Source of the DNA: Haliotis rubra
Taxonomy: Eukaryota
Length of the DNA: 64,000 nucleotides
Direction: 5' to 3'
Assembly (NCBI RefSeq): GCF_003918875.1
Contig: NW_025767007.1
Span: forward strand, 372,001 to 436,000
The position numbers and the translations under genes are program-made. Position 1 is the first letter of the stretch; each line of letters opens with the position of its first letter. Of this stretch, positions 1 through 11,432 are shown piece by piece. The notes beneath the pieces were generated by a model. It saw only the letters and a list, made by a program, of their open reading frames with translations, made no database searches and was not told the DNA's origin.

Positions 1-123
1 AGCAATATCACGGCAGGGGACACCAGAAATGGGCTTACAATATTGTGCCCTTGTGGGGAATCGAACCCAGGCCTTTGGTATGACAAGCAAACGCTTTCAC
101 CACTAGGCTACCCCACCACCCCC
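1..123 (-). mobile_element. SINE family A (tRNA-Asp-like head), 3' tail cut by window edge
   Basis: Reverse complement reads GGGGTGGTGGGGTAGCCTAGTGGTGAAAGCG...GGGTTCGATTCCCC (Pol III A and B boxes), then the body shared by ~30 copies in this window. Confidence 0.9.
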
Positions 124-135
124 TTAAAGAATGAA

Positions 136-379
136 CCCGTGAAGGTCCGGGTTAGAATGAACCTTCAGTAACCCATGCTTGTCGTAAGAGGCGACTAGTG
201 GGATCGGGTGGTCCGGCTCACTGGCTTGGTTGACACATGTCATCGGTTCCCAATTGCGCAGATCGATGCTCATGCTGTTGATCACTGGATTGTCTGGTCC
301 AGACTCAATTATTCACAGACCGCCGCCATATAGCTGGAATATTGCTGAATGCAGCGTAAAACTAAACTCACTCACTCAC
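136..379 (+). mobile_element. SINE family B, full length (non-tRNA head, shared LINE-type tail)
   Basis: Starts CCCGTGAAGGTCCGGGTTAGAAT, contains GCTTGTCGTAAGAGGCGACTA, ends GCTGGAATATTGCTG...AAACTCACTCACTC; TSD CTTAAAGAATGAA on both sides. Confidence 0.92.
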
Positions 380-505
380 TTAAAGAATGAAACTACAACA
401 GCAAGATTTGACACACTTAGCAATGCACAAGCTGCCAGTCACAAGCTGTGCAGAGTTATGAGATGTTATTCACATTACTGAACTTAAAGAACACAAGGTA
501 CTCGC

Positions 506-545
506 CCACGTCATAGAAGATTCCTTCATTTCAAGTACCCTTCAC
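506..545 (-). other. Candidate 40-nt exon (possible GC donor)
   Basis: Acceptor aaattttcattcag|GTGAAG; putative donor TGG|gcgagt; stops in all three incoming frames, internal ATG gives MKESSMTW. Confidence 0.25.
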
Positions 546-1039
546 CTGAATGAAAATTTAATATTTTGGCAAGTTCCAAATTGGTATTAATCCTTGTGAG
601 TGTTTGAAACATTCTCCACTGAAAGGCCTGTTTGCTTCCCCTGGAAGGCACAAGCAATCACCATGTTACTATTATCACACAGATGAGAAGCAATGAACGA
701 GTGTCCTGGGACTTTCAACTCCATTCTGCCACTGGATGCAAGTCAAAGTAAAAGACCAGACTACCCTAGGGCCATGGTGCTGCCATTCTCCTGTGAAGAT
801 CAGACTTGTCTGCAAATTCATTGTTCACAGATGTATCTGGTCTAATTAGGGATATTTCTCTGAAGCATAAACCTTTTGCAAAAATGTTTAATACTTCCCC
901 TTTCAAGTCTTGTTGTTTCATGTCTATGTTTACAACGAAAAAGAGATTGTTAATTTAAGTTTTTATGTTCTCACAAGTTTTCAAGACGGAATTGTGTTTA
1001 CCTATTTTAGGCCTGCTTTTGCATTAACATTATAACAAA

Positions 1040-1420
1040 ATTTATTGATTGAAAGTTCAGCAGAGCTATTTTCAGAAACAAAACATCTTTTACAGAATGT
1101 TTCCAAGATGGCTGCCAGGAGTTATGTCTGTGACCTTGAAGTTCATAACCTTGACCTTCGAGGTCAGTGACATATTTTCAGATATATAAAACTTGACATT
1201 TAATGAAACTAACTGTAAACGTGCCCCAAAATATACCAAGATCATGTATACAATCTTTTGATACTATTTACATAAAAAGAATTAACATGTTCATGCACAC
1301 AATGACCTTGACATTTACATCAGACTGTGATGTTGCCGAAGAACTAAATTTGGAGCATAGGAGGTGGAAGAAATTTATACATAAAATAAAATATCGCTAA
1401 TACTTTGAAAATCCTACTAA
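1040..1420. mobile_element. Degenerate interspersed repeat with GACCTTGA motifs (Helitron/Helentron-like non-autonomous element, tentative)
   Basis: Repeated TGACCTTGA motifs and CAAGATGGCTGCC, typical of such mollusc repeats; ends not resolved. Confidence 0.3.
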
Positions 1421-1452
1421 AGACCAAACTTTGTTTTAATATATGGACAGAC

Positions 1453-1564
1453 CTGAGAGTTCAGCATCACTTGGGGCGTGTGATCGGACAAATGACCCCC
1501 AATCTCGTACTGGCATGGAGCCATCGATCTGTTCTCCACTGAGGCGTACTGGGGCTTGCGACAT
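1453..1564 (-). CDS. Candidate coding part of exon 1453-1660 of an unidentified minus-strand gene (MSQAPVRLSGEQIDGSMPVRDWGSFVRSHAPSDAELS, phase 1)
   Basis: Acceptor atatgtttcag|GTGCAG at 1660, donor TCAG|gtctgt at 1453, AAACATG start context, locally GC/CpG-rich and non-repetitive; could instead be a uORF in a 5' UTR exon. Confidence 0.45.
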
Positions 1565-3035
1565 GTTTATGTGTCGAGATGTGTTGGTATGTGTCGGGGT
1601 AGATTATGACTAGAAGCTATACAACATCATAGCTCCGCTGTCTATCATCAAAGTCTGCACCTGAAACATATGGAACATTCAACATTAAACCATCTGTTGG
1701 AAGAAATACAAAGTAGCTTAATGAATTGACTGGTAAGCACTTGACCATCGTCTTTGTGGTTTAAAACTTACTTAATAGACATTCCAGCCATTTCATGATA
1801 ATAACAATAATCTTTTTCAGATTAAGTGAAATCAAAAACAATTTGGCATTTTTCTATATAGTTATTCCATTTCTGTAAAAGGCAAACGTGAGTTTACCAC
1901 CAATCTGTGTCAGATTACGTGGGAGGAAAGCCTGAGGTTTACCACTCTGATGAAGCGTAACAGCATCTGAACTGGCAGACTAAGAATCACACTTAGCAGG
2001 AACCTTGTGTCAAATGAACAACCACACAAGTCAAGCCTGCCAAAGGGACACAACTCTGCAGAGCAAATAACAGAACCTTCTGTCTCACATATTCATGGTT
2101 CATGCAACCCTTTACCAATGAATACAATAAGCTTGGCTTCAGAAATATAGTGTCAAGGAACCTGTATTGATCATAAATGGTATGGTTTGGGTTTTTTCAT
2201 TACCGATTGGTCATTCTCCCAAATTCTTCTGCCAAACATCATGTACATTCAGGCCTCTGAGTCTCAAATGCATGTTATACATGGTTAACACAAGACATTT
2301 GCTGTTAAAGTAAGTAAAATCATATCAATATAATATGGCTTTAGCTCTGACAGTTACACTGGGGTTCATTTGTGGAAATGAAAGAACTGTCGACATTTGT
2401 CCTTGATCAAAGTCCAATCCATATTAGGCAGTCATTTTGGCTGTCCAAACCCTATTTGATTCTCAAGTACAACTATTACGAGGTACTGCGACCTAGGATT
2501 CTTGTTGGTGGCACTTCTCCAGATGAAGTAGCTCTACAGCATAACTGCATCAGTGAAGACATAAAAAGAAATGAGAACAATGCACTCCAACAAGTCTTGA
2601 GGACACACAGTCTGCTACTGACGAGAGCGTGGATTAGCACTGGTGACCTTCAGGGTAAAGTCACCTTCACGAGTATGGATGAGTACTTCTGCAGCAACTG
2701 TGCATGTAACCAACAGAACTCAGTGACTGTTACAAGCCTGTAATGAATGTCTGCGTATGTCACCTGCGTGTACTCAAGTGATTCCCAGGATGCAACACAA
2801 AATATCCCACCAAAATCCTCTCCTAAGATTTGAAATTCTCAACACCAACAGTTGGAACAATAAGGGTTAAACTCACATCTATTCCCACCAACTGGAAAGC
2901 TGATCAATGAAAATATTCAAAATGCCAACATTCCTGTTAAACCCTCCCTACAATAAGTCCACTGAACACATTGGAAAATTAATCCAGACTTACTTCTGAG
3001 GGAACGGTCATTTAAAATTCTACTGAACCATGACA

Positions 3036-3101
3036 GAGGTGAGGTGAGGTGAAATTGGGTTTAACGTCGTGCTTGAGAATATTTCGCTCATATGATGACG
3101 T
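3036..3101 (-). mobile_element. 5'-truncated SINE family C tail
   Basis: Matches the 3' end of 48013-48360 (GAGCGAAATATTCTCAAGCACGACGTTAAACCCAATTTCACCTCACCT); TSD CCATGACAGAG. Confidence 0.85.
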
Positions 3102-3643
3102 CCCATGACAGAGCCATTTCTTATCATCATCAGGTCAACTGAAGGTATCATACAACCCTTTGTCAACATCAGTGTAAACAAATAAGTCAAAAGCAATATG
3201 TGGTATCAAAGTCAGTGGAAATGCTCCAAACATTCCCCTCTTGTTTTTATTCATTCTGGCTTAGCTTGTAAATCATCACAAGGGCCAATGTTATCGGCAT
3301 AACACACAGGAACCCGTGATCAGCTTCGCGCCAACGTAGGCACTCAGCAATCAATAATACCGGGCAAAAGCTCATCCATGGCAAACTGTGGTCTCACTGT
3401 GTTACTTGGAGGTGTAATCGTCTTATATTAAACATTAATTCATCCTTGACGTGATGAAAAATACTAAGCCTTCTTTGGAACAAGTTCAGCAATTCATCTT
3501 CTGCTGAGGACTTGGTAAAACAGGCGGCAACACAAAATCACTAAAGTAGACCTGTACAATTTTGTTCTTCCATTATTCCAATTGTCATTGTTGAAAATAG
3601 TTTGAAAGAGGTGTGTTTCTAAATATTTCTTAAGTATACACTA

Positions 3644-3793
3644 AGGGAAACAAATAAGGAACATCACTTCACGACAGTGTTCCTTTATTTATTTTCAGAT
3701 TTCCTCCCACAGCGCTATTCAAAGCTGGTGATGAAAACTGGAAAATATTGAAGGAACACTTGAATTTTCCTGTGTTTCTTTATTTGTTTCTCT
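3644..3793. mobile_element. Degenerate foldback/MITE-like palindrome
   Basis: AGGGAAACAAATAAGGAAC ... GTTTCTTTATTTGTTTCTCT outer arms and AGTGTTCCTT ... AAGGAACACT inner arms. Confidence 0.5.
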
Positions 3794-4249
3794 CAGAATA
3801 AGTATTTTGAAGACTGGTGTCTTACCGAATGGACTCTATCAAACAAAGTAATTAATCCAGCTTACTAACATGATAACCAGTCATGCATAGACTTTATTTA
3901 CAGTAACGAGAAAGGAATGTCTCCACCTGCTCTCGTACCTGTGATGAACAAACAGCATCTCTACTCTGACCTTGTACTACATGTTCATGTGAGGTGTTCA
4001 AAGGTGTTCAAGGTGTTCACTGACAACAGGTGTCCAATACAGTTCAGTTAATCCATTGTGTATTCTGTATGATTTAACAGAATATCAGCTGGATATGAAC
4101 ATGCAGTCCAACGGCTCAGAATCTGGAAAAATCATGGTCTATCCTAGCTTAGCATTAGCGACCATATAGGTTCTTTCAGAGGCAAATGTTCATGGCTGTT
4201 AAAGCAATTCTTACAAAAGTAAGAATGATTGTTAAATTGATTATTACAA

Positions 4250-4490
4250 TGATTGTACATAGTTTATTTCATCGATTATTAGAACAATTGTTTTGGGGTG
4301 ATTGTTAGACTGTAACTGTTGTATTGATTACTACAATTGTTACAGTGACTGTTAGACTGATTGTTACACCTGTAACTCTTACAGTGACTGTTACACTGAT
4401 TGTTACACCTGTAACTCTTACAGTGACTGTTACACTGATTGTTACACCTGTAACAAAAACAGTGATTGTTATCTATTGATCATTACAACA
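4250..4490. repeat. Minisatellite, 39-bp unit (TTACAGTGACTGTTACACTGATTGTTACACCTGTAACTC) x~3 with degenerate ~13-bp subunits
   Basis: Direct tandem copies at ~4340-4460 with degenerate flanks. Confidence 0.8.
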
Positions 4491-4750
4491 ATTGTAGTTT
4501 GTTTCGTCCAGTGTTACAATTTGTCAGAGATTCTTACAATAGAAACAGTTACTGCTATTTTCAAGATTACAAACATTAGTTACTGTTCATTACAGAGACT
4601 ATTACAGTTAATGAAAAGACAAAGAAGAAATTAAAATCTAAATTAAAATCGGCTCAAGAAACTAACATTATTCAATGTGCAGTAATAAGATACATAAGAC
4701 TTGAGCTTAATGCCGAGTTTACCAGAGCAGTAGATTCAATGAGGTGAAAA

Positions 4751-4943
4751 GTGAGCGAGTTAGTTTTACACCGCACTCAGCAATATCCATCTATTTGGCA
4801 GCGCTTTGACAGAGTGAGGGAGTGAGTTTAGTTTTACACCCCTTTTAGCAATATTCCAGCAATATCACAGCGGGGGGACACCAGAAATGGGCTTCACACA
4901 TTGTACCAATGTGGGGATTCGAACCTGGGTCTTCGGCATGACG
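4751..4943 (-). mobile_element. SINE B tail fragment followed by SINE A (5' truncated)
   Basis: Shared tail and SINE A body motifs. Confidence 0.8.
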
Positions 4944-5906
4944 TTTGAAAAATCTGACGATGAGTTTGGTTTACAATTGGAACAGAAGTAACCACTTTCA
5001 CTATTCTGCATATCTGATCTAGATTAGTTCAGAGGATAAGAGACAGTAGAAAGTTTGTATTCTGAATTTTTTTCATTTAGTCTTTTGGGAGAGCTAAATA
5101 CAATAAACTTTTATCAAAGTAAAACTCCAACCCAAAATAAAACTAATCAGTGTTACTCATACAAATCAGCAAAGACAGCCTGACAAAAATATACAATCGT
5201 CATGAATTACGAGTCCTGCACTATGAAAACCCAAAGAGCAACCAAGTGCCCAAATAATAACTTCAGTAAATTGTAAAAGTATTTCTATCATTCTGTCATG
5301 GCCAAAATAGATGTAGAAACTCACAGAGAAGTGTATACACAAACACTTCCTCCAAATAACCTATCAAAGAGGTACACAGCACCGAGAATATTTATTTATT
5401 TCTCGAACCAGATTTCTAGAAACGTACCAATTTGCCTCCCATAGAACGAATCTACCAGTATGAAACGACACTAATTATAGCAATTCCACAATCGCATGCT
5501 GCCAATAAACAGTTTCCCGGTCCATAATTAATCAAACTGCAGGTATGAATCAGACGTTCACCAGGATGACCTTCTGACGTGCTTGATCAAGAGTCCTGCG
5601 CACAACTATGAGTGTGTGAGGCTTAATTCTGCAGCAATATCACTGCATGGGTGTCAAAAGTCAAACCTGGTCTTCACAGTGAAAGGCTGAAACTTGCACC
5701 ACTGGGCTATCCATTCCATCCAGCATATGAGAGACTGAACTCTTTCATTCACAGTTTGGCCTTATAATTATATTAGTCATTGAGCGGCTTCATTACATAA
5801 TTCAATTTCAGGGGAATGTAAGCAGTCCTTTAGGAGGTTAAGGAGTCTATGGGCCACAAAAGACCCGGAGTATTTTATATATTACAATCTACGTTTGAGG
5901 AAGAAC

Positions 5907-6132
5907 AAGATCCAAGTTTGAATTAGTCTTCAGCAACCCATGCAAGTTGTAAGAGGCGACAAAGGAGATCAGGTGGTCAGGCTCAGACTTGGTTGACACT
6001 TCATCGTATCCTAATTGCGTAGGTTGATGCTCAAGGTGTAAATCACTGGGTTGTCTGGTTCAGACTCGATTATTTTCAGACTGCCACGATAGAGCTGGAA
6101 TATTGCTGAACTAAGTGATAAACAACAAACAA
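5907..6132 (+). mobile_element. SINE family B, (AAAC)n tail
   Basis: Family B body; TSD TGAGGAAGAAC. Confidence 0.85.
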
Positions 6133-6166
6133 AATGAGGAAGAACTAGATAGATATAGAACACCAC

Positions 6167-6324
6167 AGTGAGTGAGTATGGTTTTAAGCCGATTTTAGCA
6201 ATATTTCAGTAATATCATGGCGGCGGACACCACAAATGGGCTTCACACATTACCATGGGGAATCAAACCCAGGTCTTCAGCATCAACAAGCATATGATTT
6301 GACCACTTGGCTACCCCACTACCC
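6167..6324 (-). mobile_element. SINE family A
   Basis: Head, body and tail; TSD AACACCA(C/T)AG. Confidence 0.85.
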
Positions 6325-7314
6325 ATCAAACACCATAGATGTTTTCTTCTAATACAAAATACATTATGTGAGGCTGTACAGAACACCTGTTCCCAGTCTG
6401 ACAGCCATGATCTACTCTTTTCAGAAAGTCCTATGTGACTGTAATGAAGGAATTGCATTTTGAAATGGAATTGTATGTTAAGATTATTCACTCTATGTAC
6501 ATGAGTTTTTTAAATAACCACTCTTATCAAATAAACAATATCTGAAGGCCCAGCTTCCATCAAACACAAGTAATAAGAACCTTATGATCTCAATCAATGA
6601 TCTCTTTCAACTGCAAGAAGAATATTAGGTGTTAGCCCACACATTCAAAGTATGCCCACACACTCAAAGATATCCTATTAACAAACAGACACAACAGAAG
6701 TTTACCATAATAAAACTACAATACATAAAATGGACTAATGCAGCAAAGTATGCTAAAAGATATATCATTAGCAAATGGACATAAGTTTACAAATGACGCA
6801 TGGACTAATGCAGCAAAAAATACAAACACAGCTAATGTAGGAAATTCTTCCTTTTGTTTCAATGCTTACATTTACTGTACTGAAGCATGAATTGTTTGCA
6901 TTATGACATCATTTTACAACATGATAATTGCACATCAGCAAACAACATAACTCATGCACAGATAAACACTTCACACATTGATCTCTCCCAAAACAAACAG
7001 CAGCTGTGGTAAAGAGAAGATTAAAACCAGAATGTTGACTTCCATGTCAAGCATCGTCCAGCAATTACCAAAGCTAATAATGAAATAAAATAAAAATAGA
7101 CAAAATGCCTTTCCAACCTCAACAACTATTGAAAGCAAATTGCTTTTCACTCAACAACTGTCTTGTGTCTAGTTCATTCATAGAGTAATGTCACACTTAG
7201 CAATAGTACAGATGGTAGAATGTCAATAATCAAGTTTGAACCAGGCAGTCCAGTGACTGAAATCATGCAGAATACAATGCCAATGCCATAGAGTCTGACC
7301 ATCTAATCCATTTA

Positions 7315-7430
7315 GGGGCGGTTGGGTAGCCTAGTGGTTAAAGTGTACACTCATCGCGCCAAAGGTCTGGGTTCATCTCCCACCATGATATTGCTGGAAT
7401 ATTGCTAAAAGGGGCAGAAAACTGAACTCT
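7315..7430 (+). mobile_element. SINE family A, internally deleted, next to a degenerate SINE B (7200-7310, minus)
   Basis: GGGGCGGTTGGGTAGCCTAGTGGTTAAAG head joined to GATATTGCTGGAATATTGCT tail. Confidence 0.75.
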
Positions 7431-8094
7431 ATCCTACCAAAAAGTAGATTGCTGGGGACTAATAACTTTGACATAGGATTATCTTGAGTAGTATCTAGTT
7501 AACATATCAAGATTGTCACATTGTATCTATTGAGTAATCTTAAGATTACAGTTTCTGATCCCATTCACAGCATAATTTTGTTTATCACTGGGGCTGAAGA
7601 AATGTTGGGTCAGACTTGGCTCAAATTTGCTTTAGTCTTAGAATATCCAAGCTATTCTCATAGCATGTGAAAGTGATACATACACCCTATGAGTGAGTTA
7701 AGAAATACAGTTCGAAATTGTGGGAATGTAAACATTGCGAACGTTACCGTGTCGCTGAAAACTTCGCGAGTCGAATTGAGAAATTTAAAATGTCAGAAAA
7801 CATAAACGTAATGTTTCCACCAGCGATGTTAGGTGAGTGAAGCAACTGCAAACCAAGAAACGGGATGCAACGCAGTAGTTAACTGTAGGAGGCTGTACGA
7901 GGCGATGACAACTGACATGCATCGTGACGTCGCTTACATTGTGACGTAATGTAAAATGGTTCGATTACGAGGGGGCACACTAGAATGGCGCAGTGACGGG
8001 ATAACGTCATTCAATTGTTACGTCATCAAAAACTATACCTTTATTGTCTAATAATGTATTTTTTGTTCGATTGTTCTAAGCGCTAAGCATCTTA

Positions 8095-8336
8095 GAATAT
8101 GGTTTTACGCTGCTTTTAGCAATATTCCAGCAATATCGCAGCGGGAGACACCAGAAATGGGCTTCACACATTGTACCCATGTGGGGAATCGAACCAGGGT
8201 CTTCGGTGTGACGAGAGAAAGCTTTAACCACAAGGCTACCCCAGCACCCCTTAACCCCATAGACTCAAGCTTATTTAAAGGCAGGTGTTAGAGCATGACG
8301 AGCGAACACTTTAACCACTAGGCTACCCCTTCGCCT
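8095..8336 (-). mobile_element. SINE family A plus an extra head fragment (8293-8336)
   Basis: Family A motifs. Confidence 0.85.
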
Positions 8337-9822
8337 ATGATGTGGACTGGTTTTATCACAGTGTCCACCCTCAACACAAACAAAATCCAAAATTATTTTA
8401 CAACCACATACGTTTTCTGAGAGAAATCATACCACAATGCCATCCCATGTCAACAAGATTCATAATGAAAATATTCTTAAAATAATCAAGTGTAGCTGTC
8501 TCCAAAATCCATGTTACAAAAATACCTAATTGGTATAACACTGTAACAATTCCAAATTTAAACCAAACTGACTTCTCAAGATGTATGAGAAAGAGACAAC
8601 CAATACTGACATTAATTTTGTTGGACTACCTTTCCTGCTTTTTTGTTTCTGGTAAAAGCTACTGTAATAAGAAAGTGATAATCTAAACTGACATTCATTT
8701 GGTTAAAATGTCTTTTGCCTTTCTTTCTTCCTCATAAAAGCCATAATTACCATGTCACAAAAATAAAAAAATATATAACTCATAATAATTTCGACACATA
8801 TTACTTACTTTACAAGACCTTGATCACCAACCCGACAGAAACGTCCCTCAGTGAATGAGTTAAGGCTCGTCAAGGTGACAAAACAATGGGACGTTCAACA
8901 CAGGTCTCGTGTGGCAACTCGCACCTCATCTTAAGGAGAACCACCACAAGCAACATTTAACCCCACAGCGTGTTTTGTCAGAACCAGCAGCATGTCACTC
9001 AGACGTCCATGTGATATTGTGGACTGCCAGAGTTTTGCATGGCCATCTATAAATGCATATATGTGTAGGAGTATCACATTGCCTCGCACATGACAATCTC
9101 AAATATCTGATATTCCTGGAGACAGGTCATCAGTTATTTCCCCAGAACGGAATTACTCAAGCTGTACCCACAGAACGCTGTCTACTGAACAATATTCATT
9201 CTATTACCACCTCGAAAAGGGTTCATTTCATTTACAGGGTATTAAGTAAGATTGGTTTAGGAATAACTTGGTCATTTTACTATAGGAGTCAGATTCAGAG
9301 ATAGATTCTGATAATAACCTTTGGTCAAGTAAACAAATAATACTTCATATCTGGACATGAAAATCTACTGATAATAAGAGACAAGGCTGGGACTGTCACA
9401 TTGCTGACCCACTATGAAAGGGTTCCACTCCATATAACCCACTGATTACACTACCGACAATGAATAGTTGCCTCTGTCTTCAAAGAGAAAAGAATTGTAA
9501 AAATTATTTGATAAGAGACAAACACCTTAGCCCTGTTCTGCAAAGCGAACTTGGCCCCAAAGTGATCATGACTGACATACTTGAACAGAGCTTTACCGTA
9601 GTCGCACTGCTAAGAACTCTTTGTGGAAGTGGGCTCATTTCCATTAGAAATCTCTACTAAAGCAGGGTCCACTGTATGACTATATCATAAGCATATATTT
9701 ATGAATCACTATAAAGCAGTGATACATAGGTTTCGCAAACAGGTGAGTATATCCTGCCCTTCTTGTGGCACAAACCACAAACACATGCAAAGGCAAGGCA
9801 AGTAGGTCACCTTAAACATAGG

Positions 9823-10017
9823 ACTGACTGACTGACTGACTGACTGACTGACTGACTGACTGAGTTTAGTTTTACGCCGCTTTTAGCAATATTCCAGCAA
9901 TATGACGGCGGGGGACACCAGAAATGGGCTTAACACATTGTGCCCATGTGGGGAATCGAACCCGGGTCTTTGGTGTGACGAGCCAACGCTTTAACCACCA
10001 GGCTACCCCACCGCCCC
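9823..10017 (-). mobile_element. SINE family A with long (AGTC)n tail
   Basis: Near-consensus copy; flanked by CTTAAACA(T/G)AGG. Confidence 0.92.
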
Positions 10018-10030
10018 CCTTAAACAGAGG

Positions 10031-10197
10031 ACTGACTGAGTGAGTTTAGTTTTAAGCCGCTTTTAGCAATATTCCAGCAATATCATGGCGGGGGACACCA
10101 GAAATGGGCTTCACTCATTGTACCCATGTGGGGATTCGAACCCGGGTCTTCGGCGTGACGAGCCAACGCTTTGACCACTAGACTACCCCACCGCCCC
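10031..10197 (-). mobile_element. SINE family A, tandem second copy
   Basis: Near-consensus copy; flanked by CTTAAACAGAGG. Confidence 0.92.
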
Positions 10198-11099
10198 ATC
10201 TTAAACAGAGGAACATATGGTACAAGTCAAAGTAGGAAATTGCTTCAGAAATGTTTTTTCGTCACTGATGCATCAAATGTGGAAATGCTATGCCATACTG
10301 CCATGAAACTTTCTGAAAACTTTGGCTTTAAATGTTTTAAATGTTGAAAGATGGTGAGGTTTCAGTGTATGGGCCGAGGAAGTGGGTCAGCAAGTACATG
10401 AATGATTTGAGGTTATGATCAGGAGACAGACAGATGTGCTACCTACCCCTACCTACCTATCTATCTACCTACCTACTTATATGAAGTTAGCCGTGACAGG
10501 CTTGATGTTATACACTTAACAGAGAATTGATGGCCATGATAGTAGATACAGGACAGTGGGCACTGGCAATGTGTTCACACAACAGATTCACTGAACTGAT
10601 TAGGACACTAAATATACATCCATTCATGACCTGAGTACATGTTGGTCTACACTCACAGCTGTATCACACTAGGAAATGAAAACATAACCTTGAACCTCAG
10701 ACTGATAAGAAGCCTTGAAATGAAGTCCATTAAACTTCAGACACTTATTTTGGACTACCACTAAGTTGTAGGCAACTCCAAAGCAGATAATTTTTGTCAA
10801 CTAGTAAAAAGGAAAATGAATTTCTAACCCTGTACAAATATGTTTCTAGCATGCTTATTAGAGCTTGACTTACCTATATTGTTTGTCATTTATTCATTAA
10901 AATAATGATAACAGCTCATTGGAAAATTTAAGATTATTTTGCAATATTATGTTAATTCATTTTCTTAATTTCTCTTAGGAAGGTGCCATGAAAAACAACC
11001 TTTCAATACCTGTAACGGGTAGTGAGGTAGCCCAGTGGTTAAAGCCTTCTCTGCTTATGAAAAAAGACCTAGGTTCACATCTCCACATAGTTACACATG

Positions 11100-11432
11100 C
11101 AGGGCTCCAGATAATTTTTCAACATCAGGAGTACGTACTCCTTATTTTTCCAATATAGGTGTACTGGAAAATCTTAAGAGTACTGAATGGAATTTAATGG
11201 CATATCAGTAACTTTGTGTTTCGTGTCATATATGCACCACAACATTGCTAGTCTTGTGTAAACAGGTCAATAAACAATAAAACAATACTTTTTCAGATAC
11301 ATACGTCTGTAAATGATTCTAGGACCATTGTCGTCGTGCGTATCTGCTACGTTTTCCAAATTATTTCCTACCGTATCGTGCATATTTTTTATCCGTACAT
11401 ACGCGCCGATACGGCCCTTATCTGGAACCCTG
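11100..11432. mobile_element. MITE with CAGGGCTCCAGATAA TIR and 6-bp TSD, inserted in a degenerate SINE A (11017-11456, plus)
   Basis: TIR CAGGGCTCCAGATAA / TTATCTGGAACCCTG; TSD CACATG; second copy at 60841-61288. Confidence 0.85.

Noticed and set aside
230-481. Recurrent MLMLLITGLSGPDSII...WNIAEC peptides (also 17254, 18006, 46799, 61312)
   Set aside because: Translations of SINE family B, not a gene family
2372-2743. 123-aa plus-strand ORF
   Set aside because: GTG start, no recognisable domain or splice support, opposite to inferred host strand
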